DNA of 64,000 nucleotides from the human T2T-CHM13v2.0 reference genome, Homo sapiens. The position numbers and the translations under genes are program-made. Within the stretch, counting starts at the first letter, position 1. Each line of letters begins with the position of its first letter. Shown one piece after another: positions 13,029 to 41,793 of this stretch. The stretch lies in the NCBI RefSeq assembly GCF_009914755.1, contig NC_060929.1, one strand, 5' to 3'. The notes below the pieces were generated by a model that made no database searches, had not been told where the DNA came from, and saw only the letters and a list, made by a program, of their open reading frames with translations.

Positions 13029-15630
13029 CTACAAAAAATAAAAAACCACCTCGGTGTGGTGGCGTGTGCCTGTATTCCCAGCAACTCAGAAGGCTGAGGT
13101 AGGAGGATTGCTTGAACCCAGGAGTTTGAGGCTATAGTGAGCTATCTATGCCACTGCACTCCACTCCAGGCAACAGAGCAAAACCCTGTCTCAGAAAAAA
13201 AAAAAAAAAAGTATTTTAATCTTCTAAAATACTTTATAATAAAAAAATTCAAGCAGCCAAAAATGTTGAATATACAGTAAAAGTCCACATGCCCAATACC
13301 TAGACTCAACAATTGTTAGCAGTTCGCCATATCTGCATTCTCTCTCTTTCTGTATATTTGTTTTATTGTACTATTTGAAAGTATAGACATCATTTATCAC
13401 TCTTAAATACTTTTGCACATATCTCCTAAAAATAAGAATGTTTTCTTACAAACCATATAATAACATTTAAAAATGTTATTGGCTGGACGACACGGCTTAC
13501 ACCTGTAATCCCAACACATTGGGAGACCAAGGCAGGTGGATCCCTTAAGCTTAGGAATTCGAGACCAGCAGGGGCTACATGGCAAAACCCTGTCTCTACT
13601 AAAAATACAAAAAAATTAGACAAGAGTGGTGGCATGTGCCTGTAGTCCCAGCTACATGGCGGGGAGGGGGTGGCGGGTGCTGAGGTAGGAGGATCCCCTG
13701 AGCCTGGGAGGCAGTTGCAGTGAGCTCTGATTGTGCCACTGTACTCCAGCCTGGGCAACAGAGTGAAACCTTGTCTCAAAAAAAAAAGTTATCAATTCCC
13801 TAATATAATTTAACACCTAACCAATATAAAATTTACCCAGCTGTTCTAATGTCTTTTATGACTATTTTTGATAACTAGGATTTGATCAAAGCTCATACAC
13901 TATACTTGATGAGTTTTTTTGTTAAAAACAAAAGTCCACCTTTGTTTGAGAAAAACTCAAATATTAAATCAAATTATATGACATGCAGCATTTGTTCTAA
14001 AAAAAAAGTTAGGTGGAGGACAGTGTCTCACACCTGTAATCCCAGCAGTTTGGGAAGCCAAGGTGGGAGGATCGCTTGAGCCCAGGAGTTCAAGACTAGT
14101 CTGGGCAATATAGTCAGACCCTGTCGCTACAAAAAATTTAAAAATCGGCTGTACGTGGTAATGCACACCTGTAGTCCCAGCCACTTGGGAGGCTGAGGTG
14201 GGAGGACTGCTTGGGCCTGGGCAACAGGGTGAGATGCTGTCTTTTAAAAGAGTAAAGAAAAAAAAAAAGTTAACATTTATGGAATGGTGCTTCCTATGAG
14301 TGCCAGGCATTGTTCTGAGTGCTTTACACACATGAGCTCATTTAGTCTCACAACTCCATCGTAGTAGGTACGATTATAACTATTATAGAGGAAGAAACAG
14401 AGAGCCAAAAGCATGTCCTCCACTCCCCCAACACAGCATCCCAACCAGGACAGGGTTTATATCTTATTAAGTTCTGAATCCTCATAGTTTATCACAGCAC
14501 TAGGCTGGTAGTACAAAGAATAAAGGAAAGAAGGCACTCCTTACCTCCTTATCTTCCTCCTGCTCCTACCCCAGCTCTTTGAACCTTGTCAGAAATTTGG
14601 TAGAGCTCAGGCAGACAATACTCCCATCCCTGGGAGTTCAGTTTTTACTCCTCCCACTTACACACACCTTTTTCCAGTCCCATCTGGAAGGGTTCAAATT
14701 TAAGAACCACCAAAGAACCACTAGTTTTCAGTGAAAACTAGAAGCAAAATGCCTGTGAAGAGGTAGCTCTAAAGACAGAGTACCAGACATTCACACCCCA
14801 CTAGGGGCTGGTTTATCTGGTTTGATCAGCAGCCTCTGTGGGCTATGCAGGACTATTCAGGAGGACAGGCAGGAGTGAGCAGAGGACACCAAGGGGATGG
14901 AGACAGGTAGCCTCCCCTCACCTCCTTATACACTGGGGACTAGGATGGGCAGCTGGGGGCAGGGGCAGTTCGTGGGTTCATAGCAGCCTCGGTCCTCACC
15001 CAGGAAGACCATATCCACTTCATGATGTATGTGGTGATTTTTGTGTTTAAATCAAAACTGTGTGTTTGTGGGTGTCTCTTTGTTTATGTGGGAAAGAAAA
15101 ATGAAATACAATAAGAAAGATGTTGGCAACTCAATTCTCTTACGTGAGGTTCAATTGACTCTTCAAACTTTATGTTTGAAAGTTTCCATAATTAAAAAAA
15201 AAACAGACAAAATTACAAAGAGATTGTTAGAATAAAATCTAAGTCACAACTGTAATAGATGGCCTCATATTTAAATAACTAAACGAGCAACATATTTAAA
15301 TGAGGTAAAGATCATTTCATATGAACCTGACATGTTTTCAGAAAAAAAAAGACAACTTCAAAAAAGATGTATGTATTTTCTAGTACATTATGGAAAATAT
15401 TCCGTAAGGGTCCAATGTTTTCTTTAAAGATTTTTTTTGTGATTACCACAGTAACTTCTACCCTGACAGAGGAAAACAAATAATTGACAGGATAATTTCT
15501 TTACTTTATAATTTCTAATAATACGTTATTAGAAGCAAACAGCAATACATCAGAAGATAAAAGTTTCTTCCATATTATCCTTCACTTAAAATTATATAAT
15601 AGTTTTTTCAGAATTGTCAGGATAACTTAC

Positions 15631-15731
15631 CTGGGTTTCCATCATTGGCTTTTGGAAAGGAAAAGTATCATGGTTGACACACCATAAAATATCATTATCC
15701 TCATTTTCTGAGGCTGCCATCAATAGAATAC
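15631..15731 (-). CDS. NUP155: NUP155 exon 12 (101 nt; [34 protein letters not shown])
   Basis: Acceptor TTTTAG, donor CAG|GTAAGT. Confidence 0.96.
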
Positions 15732-15800
15732 CTAAAAGTTTAATATACAAAATATTATTACATCATGTCAAATATGCATCCTCAATAACCTTAATAATTA

Positions 15801-16186
<386 letters not shown>

Positions 16187-16201
16187 AACTAGCATATATA
16201 A

Positions 16202-16423
<222 letters not shown>

Positions 16424-17454
16424 TAGCCAGGATGGTCTCGATCTCCTGACCTCGTGATCCGCCCAACTTGGCCTCCCAAAGTACTGGAATTACAGGCGTG
16501 AGCCACTGCGCCCAACCGAACATCAATCTTTATAAACAAACAAGTTACAAAATAAAATAATTCCCTGAAAGACTATATAATTATTTTTAAGGTAGACTCC
16601 TTAAGTGTTCTCAATTTTAAACTGTATTTCTCTCAGATAAACATTTTTTTTTCACATTTTAGCATTTCTGAACTTAGGGCATATCTTGCAGTCAATGGGT
16701 TTATCAATTTAATTATTAATTTTATAAAAATATACTTAGTATATAAAAATGCCATGACTGACAAATTCACAATGTAATACAAGCTAATATTCAATGAAAT
16801 ACAGTTTATATACTGGTTAATTCAAACACACCATGAATAAAAATGATGAAGGTGCTAGAGGAATGGCAGAGATAAGTGTACTATAGAAGCAATTATCTGG
16901 GCCAGGTGCTGTGGCTTATGCATGTAATCCCAGCAGTTTCGGAGGCTGAGGCAGGCTGATCACTTGAGCCCAGGAGTTCGAGACCAGCCTGGGCAATAAA
17001 GTAAGACCTTGTTTCAACAAAACATGAGGCAGGAGGATTGCTTGAGCCGGGGAGGTAGAGGCTGTAATGAGTCATGACTGCATATTGCACTCCTGCTTGG
17101 GTGACAGTAGACACTGTCTCAAAAAAAAAAAAAAAAAAGGCAATTATCTCAACAAAACTTGCCAACACGGTGGCTCACGCCTATAATCCTAGCGCTTTGG
17201 GAGGCAGAGGTGGTAGGACTGCTTGAGCCCAGGAGTTTAAGACCAGCCTGGGAAACATGGTGAAACCCCGTCTCTACAAAAAATACAAAAATTAGCCAGG
17301 AGTGGTGGCACATGCCTGTAGTCCCAACTCCTCAGGAGGTTGAGCAAGGAGGATCACCTGAGCCTGGAAGGTTGAAGCTATGGTGACCCAAGATCCTGCC
17401 ACTGCACTCCAGCCTGGGCAACAGAGTGAGAACCTTCCTCCCCACCCTCAAATG

Positions 17455-18595
17455 ACTTGGAAAAATATTCTGTATTCATGGATTTGAAGACTTAACATAG
17501 TTAAGATGGCAACATGCCCCAAATTGATATACTGATTCAGCTATCACAATCCAACCTCACTTTTTTGTGTGTTTTTTGTTTTTGTTTTTGTTTTGAGATG
17601 GAGTCTTGCTCTGTCCCCCATGCTAGAGTGCAGCGGTAGGATCTTGGTTCACTGTAACCTTCACTTCCCCAGTTCAAGCGATTCTCTTGCCTCAGCCCAC
17701 AAGAAGCTGTGACTACAGACATGCCCCCTACACCCGGCTAATTTTTGTATTTTTAGTAGAGACAGGGTTTCGCCATGTTGGCCAGGCTGGTCTTGAACTG
17801 ATCTCAAGTGATCCACCTGCCTTTGCCTCCCGAAGTGTTGGGCTTACAGGCGTGAGCCACTGCACCCGGCCCCACCTCACTTTTTTTGCAGAAATTAACA
17901 AGGTGATTCTAAAATTCATATGAAAATTCAAGAAACTGAGAAGAGCCAAAATCATCTTTTAAAAAATCAGGCCAGGTGCACGGTGGCTCATGCCTGTAAT
18001 CCCAGCACTTTAGGAGGCCAATGCAGACGGATCACTTGAGCTCAGGAGTTTGAGACGAGCCTAGGCAACATGGCAAAAGCCTATCTCTACAAAAAGTACA
18101 AAAATTAGCCGGGTGTGGTGGCACACACCTGTAGTCTCTCTCAGCTACTCAGGAGGCTGAAGTGGGAGGACAGCATGAGCCTGGGAAGCGGAGGTTGCAG
18201 TGAGCAGAGATTGTGCTACTGCACTCCAGCCTCGGCAACAGAGCCAGACCACCTCAAAAAAAAAAAAAGATCAAAGTTGGAATAGTCACACTTATCAATT
18301 TCAAAACTTATTACAAAGCAACGGTAATCAAGACTGTGCTACTGACATAAGGATGGATAATATAGACCAACAGAATAGAACTGAGAATCCAGATTCCATA
18401 CATTAACGGGTAATTCACTTCAGACAGTAAGATGAAGACAATTCAATGGGGGATATAATAGTCTTTTCAACAAATGGTGCTCAGACAGCTAGATAACCAC
18501 ATGCAGAAGGATGAAGTCAGATTCCTACTTCACACAACATACAAAAATTATCACAAAACAGATCAAAAACCTAAATGTAGCAGTGAAAACTACAC
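17455..18595 (+). mobile_element. Degraded L1 ORF2 fragment interrupted by two Alus
   Basis: TTCATGGATTTGAAGACTTAACATAGTTAAGATGGC; ATAGACCAACAGAATAGAACTGAGAATCCAGA; AGTCTTTTCAACAAATGGTGC. Confidence 0.8.
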
Positions 18596-18619
18596 TTTCA
18601 ACTTTTGAATTTCACTACA

Positions 18620-18815
18620 ATTTCAAATTTTATTTTAGATTCAGGAGGTATATGTGCAAATCTGTTACTTGCGTATATTGCGTGGTGCTAAGGTTTAGGG
18701 TACAACTGATTCCATCACTCAGGTACTGAGCATAAGACCCAATAGTCCGTTTTTCAACCCTTGCTCCCCTACTTCCCTGACCCTTCTAGTAGTTCCCAGT
18801 TTCTACTGTTGCCAT
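18620..18815 (-). mobile_element. L1P 3' end fragment
   Basis: TTTTATTTTAGATTCAGGAGGTATATGTGCA ... TTTCTACTGTTGCCAT resembles the reverse complement of an L1PA/PB 3' end. Confidence 0.7.
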
Positions 18816-18902
18816 AGGGTATTTTCAAATACTTCACAACACCATATAATTTTAACAATTTTAAGAATATAATCTTAAATCTGATAGTATTTCAGAACTT
18901 AC

Positions 18903-19055
18903 CTTTACTATAAAGAGCTCTATGTACTTTTGAAGGCTTTTCCACGGTTGAAGATGCTGAGAATCCAGGAGGTAAGCGGACATGAACCAGCGTCAGTGTA
19001 TTAGGCCGTGCTAATGGCTGTCTGAATGGACAAGTGCTAAAATATAACCTAACAC
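18903..19055 (-). CDS. NUP155: NUP155 exon 11 (153 nt; [51 protein letters not shown])
   Basis: Acceptor CTTCAG, donor G|GTAAGT; conserved GVRLY and HVRLPP motifs. Confidence 0.97.
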
Positions 19056-19121
19056 CTGAAGATGGGGTAAAATTATGCATCAGTAATAGAAAACAAGGAC
19101 CTGAGGTAAATGTGTTATTGA

Positions 19122-19558
<437 letters not shown>

Positions 19559-20361
19559 TAGCCAGGATGGTCTTGATCTCCTGACCTCAGGATCCACCCG
19601 CCTTGGCCTCCCAAAGTGCTGGGATCACAGGTGTGAGCCACCGCACCCGGCTCCCCTGACTGATCTTAAATTACCATATAGACTATCTGCTAAAATATAT
19701 ATCTAAGAAAATGTCACTCGAAATTGAGAGGTGAATCAATACATTTCATTAGAAAGAACTTGCAAAGACAAACCAAGAAATCTTGTGTTCCAATTCAGGC
19801 TTTGTTACAAAATGTCAGCCACTGCGCCTTTTAGGCTTGGCTTTTGTTTTGCTTTTTTACTGGTTTTTTGAGAAAAGATCTTGCCCTATTGCCCAGGGTG
19901 AAGTGTAGTAGCATAATCTCAGCTCACTGTAGCCTCAAACTCCTGGGCTCAAGTGATCTTTCCATGACAGCCTCCCAAGCAGCTGGTACTACAAGGCCGT
20001 GCCATCACACCTAGCTAATTTTTGTATTTTTAGTAGAGACGGGGTTACAGGGTTTCACCATGTTGCTCAGGTTAGTCTTGAACTCCTGGGCTCAGGCAAT
20101 CTGCCTGCCTTGATCTCCCAAAGCGCTAGGATTACAAATGTGAGCTACCATGCCTGGCCTAGGTTTGGTTTTATATCTATAAAATGAAGAAACAGAATTA
20201 GAAAAATCTCCCAGTTTTCAAAATCCTTTATTTTACAAACTATTTATATGGCTTTACGGCAGATATAGAAGGAAAAATATATTTCTAATAATAAATTTCC
20301 AAATCTAAGAATTTTCAGAAGTTGTAACAGTAATAGCAGATATGTAAATAAAACAACATAC

Positions 20362-20459
20362 CTGCATGTGTGACAGCCAATAACTGACAGTCCAGTGATT
20401 CAGAATTTTCAATCACTGCTATTTGGACAATTGGTTTAAAAACAGAACGATCGATGGTC
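20362..20459 (-). CDS. NUP155: NUP155 exon 10 (98 nt; [32 protein letters not shown])
   Basis: Acceptor TTTTAG, donor G|GTATGT. Confidence 0.96.
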
Positions 20460-20514
20460 CTAAAAGAAAGGAGAAAATAAAGTGTATTTTTAAAATGTGT
20501 CTGCTAAATTATAA

Positions 20515-20673
<159 letters not shown>

Positions 20674-20795
20674 TGAGTAGCTGGGATTACGGGCTCGCGC
20701 CAGCACGCCCAGGTAATTTTTGTGTTGTTAGTAGAGACAGGGTTTCATCGTGTTGGCCAGGCTGGTCTTGAACTCCTGACCTCGCGTGAGCGTGA

Positions 20796-21092
<297 letters not shown>

Positions 21093-21420
21093 TAGCCAGG
21101 ATGGTCTCGATCTCCTGACCTCATGATCCGCCTGCCTTGGCCTCCCAAAGTGCTGGCATTACAGGTGTGAGCCACTGCTCCCAGCCTTATATTTTCTAAA
21201 TATGCTAAATAATTTAAGACTAGCTTCTTAGGAAAGTAATACAAGAGCAGCAAGAACTGGAAAAACTCTGGAATGTGTATTTTTTACATTTATATTATTA
21301 AGAGTAACCCTATTTTCAAACAAAGATCACAAAAAAAGACTAAAACCATTGGGTGAATGGTTGGTGGGGAGCAGTGTTCTCAGTGTCAAAGTATCATTAC
21401 TGCTAATTAAAAAAGGAGAA

Positions 21421-26150
<4,730 letters not shown>

Positions 26151-26313
26151 CTAACAGCTCCATTTCAAACATAATGTAGAGTGTCATCTCTTCAACATTC
26201 CTTGTCTTTTAGAGACATTTTGATGAGGGAATAATATATACTTTTAGAAGGCTACACACAAATAGTATAATTATGCCTGCAAATGAAATGCTTAATAATA
26301 AATTACATGTTAC

Positions 26314-26405
26314 CTAGCAATGTTACCAGCAGCAGAGACAATGGCATTCTGTGACACAGAGGCAACTCTGCTCATTCCTTGTCCATCTTGTCCCAAATCA
26401 TACAC
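26314..26405 (-). CDS. NUP155: NUP155 exon 9 (92 nt; [31 protein letters not shown])
   Basis: Acceptor TTCACAG, donor AG|GTAACA. Confidence 0.96.
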
Positions 26406-26514
26406 CTGTGAATACAAAATCATTCTCACTTAAACATGATTATATACTATACACATATTATTAAACTCTTTCTTTTAAGGGATCCTTTAATATTGGTATT
26501 TAATACAAACATGA

Positions 26515-26772
<258 letters not shown>

Positions 26773-26980
26773 TAGACTGGTCTCAAACTCCAGACCTCAG
26801 GTGATCCGCCCACCTTGGCCTCCCAAAGTGCTGGGATTACAGGCTTGAGCCACCATGCCCAGCAGGCTTTTTTTTTTTTTAGTTACACAGTTCATAGGAA
26901 AAATTTAAGAGGTGGGAATTGTCTTCCTTAAAAATAAGGATTTATTTGACTCTTAATGGTATAATAATATTAATACTAAC

Positions 26981-27054
26981 CTGTATTACTCCTTTCTCAG
27001 ATCGTGTATATAAAATATTTCTAGAATTATCAATTGCAATTTGAAGAATAGGAT
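26981..27054 (-). CDS. NUP155: NUP155 exon 8 (74 nt; [25 protein letters not shown])
   Basis: Acceptor TTTTAG, donor CAG|GTTAGT. Confidence 0.96.
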
Positions 27055-27968
27055 CTAAAAGTAAGACAAAAAAAAAAAAGAGAAAAAAGTAAACCCAAGG
27101 ATTAACAAAGCAAATACATTAGCTAGTTACAACAAACTGTTGAATCAGAACTTTGTATTCAGGGGCTTTCTACTCTCTTGCTTTGTAGTTAAATCCTAGG
27201 ATGTTTGCATAAGATCCAGTCCAAAAAGCATTTTGGTCAGACAACACATGAAAAAAACACATGCTAAATACTGTGACTGGGTTATGAGCATAGAAAGTAA
27301 GTTATTTTGTCCTCTAAATGAATTTTAAGCCAAACTGAAAACAAATTCTAAGTTATTTTTTCATGAAATAACTTAGAAAATAAATTCTAAGTTATTTAAA
27401 CATTAATGAATGTTTACTACATCCTAGAAACACAGAATAAGTATACCTGGTCCTTTATGTTAAGAAACTTCCAGTTTGGCCTAATTGATTGTGTGAAAGA
27501 AAATAATTTTAAAATTCAGTCATATTAATCTTTGGGTATACAGATCTTATTTTGCCAAAGCATTTTAAAAATTATTTCACCTGTTGAAATCTCTCAGTTC
27601 ATTAAAAGCTAAGATATATTCTTTTTATACTGGAAATTTGTTCTAGACCAAGCAAACAATGTATTAGCTGTCTGAATGTCTGTCTCTCTCACATACATAC
27701 ACATATTTTGGTTTAATTATGTACAGCTGTTTTAGACGCAAGTTCTTTGATGCTACATTTATAGGAAATAAGTAAACTTGAGAACAAAATCCACACTTTC
27801 TCTAGGTTATGATCTCCTTACCCTTTAAAAGACCTTATGAATATATAAGAAATGCTACTTAACATAACAAATTGTTTCAATTAAGAATGATAATTTCTGA
27901 AGAAAACGTTGAGGGAACAATGTGTTAGAAATTAGTTGTACTTGCCAAATTTATTGTTTTCTACTTAC

Positions 27969-28074
27969 CATCTTCTGAGAACGTGAATTGTAGCAAGGAA
28001 GGAACAAGGAAAGAAAGTGAGCTCTTTGAGTGGTTTATTTTCCTACATCTTTGGCTAAACCACCCTGCTTCAGC
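27969..28074 (-). CDS. NUP155: NUP155 exon 7 (106 nt; [35 protein letters not shown])
   Basis: Acceptor TTTAAG, donor G|GTAAGT; frame continuous. Confidence 0.96.
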
Positions 28075-28998
28075 CTTAAAGAAAAAAGTAGAAAGACGAC
28101 TTATAAAAGTATGTAACTCCCTTACAATAACTACTGTATATCCATATTTATAAAAACCTTCAAATCTTCATGAAATACCAGTTATAATCACTAATACCAG
28201 TTATAATCAACAAAACGAGACATATTATTCAAAATTAACTACTGAGTTTAGCCCATAATTTAAAATATCAACCAAATACTGACAAGGAAAGAATTTCAAG
28301 ACATACTGTTAGATGAAAAGCCAGTTATGGGCTGGGCACAGTGGCTCGCACCTGTAAATCCTAGCACTTTGGGAGGCCAAGGCAGGTGGATCATTTGAGG
28401 TCAGGAGTTCGAGACCAGCCTAGCCAACATGATGAAACTCTGCCTCTAATAAAAACACAAAAATTAGCTGGATGTGGTGGTGCACACCTGTAATCCCAGC
28501 TATTGGGAGGCTGAGGCAGGAGAACTGCTTAAACCCAGGGGATGGAGGTTGCAGTGAGCTAAGATTCAGCCACTGCATTCCAGCCTGGGTGATAGACCTG
28601 GGTGATACAGTGAGACTCCATCACATTTAAAAAAAAAAAAAAAAAAAAAGCAATTACGAATTAAATCAATAATCCAAGTGAAAACACATATTTGCAAAAG
28701 TGCATTTTGTATTTGTATATGTGTATATACACACAAACACATATGCATAGATATCTATAGAGACATTGATGTGTGCCTTATGTTCCACGAGGACATACAT
28801 AGAATAATGACTTTTACCTCTGAGGGCTGAGTTTTGTAGGCATGGTGTAGTCATGGGGACTACAGCTTCAACTGTATGCTTGAATATTTACCATAAAAAT
28901 ATATTAATGTCCTTATATAATTAGAAAACAAAATAAAGGCTTATCTTTCCCTACTCCATCAAGAGAGAAAAAAAAACGTTTACAAATGTCAGACTTAC

Positions 28999-29463
<465 letters not shown>

Positions 29464-29658
29464 TAGCCAGGATGGTCTCGATCTCCTGATCTCGTGATCC
29501 GCCTGCCTCGGCCTCCCAGAGTGCTAAGATTACAGGCAAGAGCCACCATACCCAGCCTTACTCAATTCTTACTGACAATTAACATAGTCAACAGCTTCTA
29601 TAATATACATTTTAAAATTACTAAAAGAAGTCTGATACAATTTGATAATTCAAGTTAA

Positions 29659-29814
<156 letters not shown>

Positions 29815-30003
29815 TGAGGTCGGCAGTTCAAGACCAGCCTGACCAACATGAAGACACCCCGTCTCTTCTAAAAATACAAAATTAGGCCGGGCACAGTGGC
29901 TCACGCCTGTAATCCCAGCACTTTGGGAGGCCAAGGCAGGTGGATCACGAGGTCAGGAGTTCAAGAACAGCCTGGCCAACACAGTAAAACCCTGTCTCTA
30001 CTA

Positions 30004-30162
<159 letters not shown>

Positions 30163-30240
30163 TTATCAAAAACAAACAAACAAACAAAAAAACAAAATTA
30201 GCCGGGTATGGTGGTGCATGCCTGTAATCCCAGCAACTCA

Positions 30241-30345
<105 letters not shown>

Positions 30346-30347
30346 TC

Positions 30348-30379
<32 letters not shown>

Positions 30380-30545
30380 ACTAACCCAATGTTAACTTGT
30401 GGAAAAGAGCCTGAGGATTTGGCAGTAATAATCATTAATGTGAGTCAATGGAATTCAACATTTCACCCAGATTAGCTTTTAACTGTAATATCAATTGGCC
30501 AAAATACTATTATTTTAAAAAACGTTAACATGTGGGTTGCCATAC

Positions 30546-30638
30546 CTGTTTGCAAATTAGCATAGCTGAGTCCAAGAATTACTATGTCTACAGGGGTCGC
30601 CAAAACCAGGAGGTGTCGCACATGAGGTTGAAAGATGC
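30546..30638 (-). CDS. NUP155: NUP155 exon 5 (93 nt; [31 protein letters not shown])
   Basis: Acceptor TCTTAG, donor G|GTATGG; contained in ORF 30472..30678. Confidence 0.96.
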
Positions 30639-30954
30639 CTAAGATAAAGTAGACACAGGGCAGGAATACTTTCAGCATTTAAGCACTAACAGAGTAAGCT
30701 TTTATTACCATTAAAGTGAGCTACTAATTAAATGGTATATGAAAAGTCTGGATGCAGTTTAGTCAATTCTGTTGTTAAAAATATTATTATGTATGATCAT
30801 TTAAATAAGTAAATTTTGAATGTCATCAAGATAATGAAGAGGAAAAAAAGTTAATAGCAGTGGAAAAGAACCACCTTAGAAAACAATCACTTCAGTATTT
30901 AATGCTATTTTAAAAGTGTTATATTACAAAATAGTTTAAATATATTAAAATATA

Positions 30955-31790
<836 letters not shown>

Positions 31791-31942
31791 TAGATTTCAT
31801 TTTGAAATGCAAATAAAAGCTAGACAATTTTAGAAAATAAAACTTACACCTATAGTTATCTACACAAGAAAAGATTACAACCTTGATAATAGTATATAGC
31901 AATATTTATACACTTAATGCATCTCTTTTAGATTCTATGTAA

Positions 31943-39095
<7,153 letters not shown>

Positions 39096-39610
39096 ACAAT
39101 GGCTGAACAGAAAAGGAGAGAGAGAGAGAGAAATAAAGATAACAGCTGAAAAAAATTCTAAAAATAATAGAAGACATCAAACTAAAGATCTAAGAAGCTC
39201 AGAGAACAAGAAGCAGAAAAAATACCACGAAAAAATATGATCTAGACTTTCAAGAAAGCTTCCAGTCATCCTGAAAAGGCCATCCACACAGGAACAAAAT
39301 AGCTAAATGGCAACTTATGCGGACTAGGATTCCCCATCCTCTTACATCATGCCATTCCACAGGGCCCTTTGATAATTGGCACAGCCTCTTGGAACTACGA
39401 TCCAATGCTGAGATATTTGGGGGTTAGAGAACAATGAAATGACCAAGATTACATTTTTATCATCCAGGTGGAATTAGGATTTATAATAGAAAGCCAATTG
39501 AATATTTAAACTAAGTATAAATTTTACAAAATTGAATTTGTGGACCTTGTGCCTTGATTTTTTAAAATAAGTACATTCTTCAAATAATTTTTCTTTAAAT
39601 GAACACACAC

Positions 39611-39942
39611 TGCTATGGATCAAATATCTGTGTCCTCCTAAAATTCATATTAAATCCTAACTCTTAATGTGATAGTATTTGTAGGTGGGGTCTTTGAAAG
39701 GTTATTAGGTCATGAGGGTATATCTCATGAATGGGATTAGTGCCCTTATAAAAGAGGACCCAAAGAACTCCCCTACCCCTCTGCCATGTGAGGACAGAGT
39801 GAAAAGATAGCCATCTATGAACATTGAAGTGGGCTTTCACCAGACCTTGATCTTGGACTTCCAGCTTCCAGAACCATGAGAAAGAAATTCATGTTGATCA
39901 CAGGCTATGGTATTCTGTTTTAGCAGCTCGGACTAAGACACA
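39611..39942 (+). mobile_element. MLT1A-like MaLR solo LTR
   Basis: TGCTATGG ... GAATGGGATTAGTGCCCTTATAAAAGAGG ... GATCTTGGACTTCCAGCTTCCAGAAC ... GACTAAGACA. Confidence 0.85.
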
Positions 39943-40054
39943 CAGTAAGGTAGGACTGTTTGTTCCATGAGGGCAGAACTACATTCATCTCATTCAGTAC
40001 TGTTCCTACCACAACAACAGTGTCAGATACATAAGATCAATATGTATGTGTTAA

Positions 40055-40275
<221 letters not shown>

Positions 40276-40713
40276 TAGTAGAGATGGGCTTTCTCCATGT
40301 TGGTCAGGCTGGTCTCGAACTCCCGACTGCAGGTGATCTGCCTGCCTTGGCCTCCTAAAGTGCTGGGATTACAGGCATGAGCCACCATGCCCAGCCGAAA
40401 ACATATTTTAAAGAAAACAATTATTCTCACATTTATCTGTTCTGTAATATTTTTGCAATGACTTCTCTTGAAAAGATACATACCTAAACAAAAAAGGTTT
40501 CATTATTTAGTATAAAAATGAATATGTTATGGTAACATAACAAAGTGGGGAACATTCAGGGTACATGAAAAATAATCACAATCATACATCACTGCTATTA
40601 CAACTATTACATTTCAACATGAAAAATTGCTACGAAACTTCTAGTAGAAAAAAATGGTTTCGTTTAAGCTATAGGTGTTAAGCTGTCATTTAGTTTCAAT
40701 TTTGTTTCAATAA

Positions 40714-40884
<171 letters not shown>

Positions 40885-41439
40885 TAATTTTTGTATTTTT
40901 AGTAGAGACAGGGTTTCTCCATGTTGGCCAGGCTGGTCTCGGACTCCTGACCTCAGGTGATCCACCCACCTCAGCCTCCCAAAGTGCTGGGATTATAGGC
41001 GTTTGAGTCAGCGTGCTCGGCCGATACAGTGTCTTTTTAATGCACGTGTGTTCCTAAAAAGATCATTAATTACTCAGGAACAAGAGTAACATCTTAATTA
41101 TATGGGCTTTCCTATGTTTATCCCACACCTCATCTAAGGATAATGTAATGGACAACTGGAAGTAAAACAAAATCTATCTCTAAAAAGTCAACAGGGAGAT
41201 CACCAGACCAACATGCTGTATTTAAGCAAAAGTACCTTAGGCTTTCACTCAGAATCATTTCTATACATATAATTTACACACGGGTCAAATTCACAAAATG
41301 ACAACAAAATAAATAAATATCACATGCCTACTCCATAGAAATGCAAGGAAAACAGAAGTCTTTAAAAATGTCCAATCATCTCTCAATGAATTGCCAACAT
41401 CTATTTTTACTACGGGCTAACAGCTTGGGACCCGGGCTC

Positions 41440-41580
41440 CTGCCACTCAAGAATGGCACCTAAACCAGCAGCAGCAGTTGGCAGCTTGTTAGAAATGCAG
41501 ACTCTTGAGCCTCACTCAGGACTACTAAGACAGAATGCACATTTGAACATCTCCAGATGACTGATACTGAGAAGCACTGA
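41440..41580. mobile_element. MER5A (hAT-Charlie) fragment
   Basis: GCTTGTTAGAAATGCAGACTCTTGAGCCTCAC ... TGAGAAGCACTG. Confidence 0.75.
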
Positions 41581-41696
41581 CCCAAAGGCTAGATGAATGA
41601 AAGATAAACCAAGCAGCTTCTAATGAGAACACTAGCTACAGTAAAGTTTATATAAATTCCAATCACCCTTAAAGCAAACCAGCCTTAAATACATAC

Positions 41697-41793
41697 CCAT
41701 CCTCATAGTTCCACATGAATATATCACTGTCAATTGTGAGCCAAGCTCTGCTGATAGGAGGGAACACACCCATCATGCAATTACACTGCATAT
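41697..41793 (-). CDS. NUP155: NUP155 exon 3 (97 nt; [33 protein letters not shown])
   Basis: Acceptor CTCAG, donor GG|GTATGT; frame continuous; typical Nup155/Nup170 propeller motif RAWLTID. Confidence 0.96.

Noticed and set aside
28174-28209. 17-bp direct repeat AATACCAGTTATAATCA x2 near exon 7
   Set aside because: Simple slippage duplication about 100 nt from the acceptor; no sign of function.
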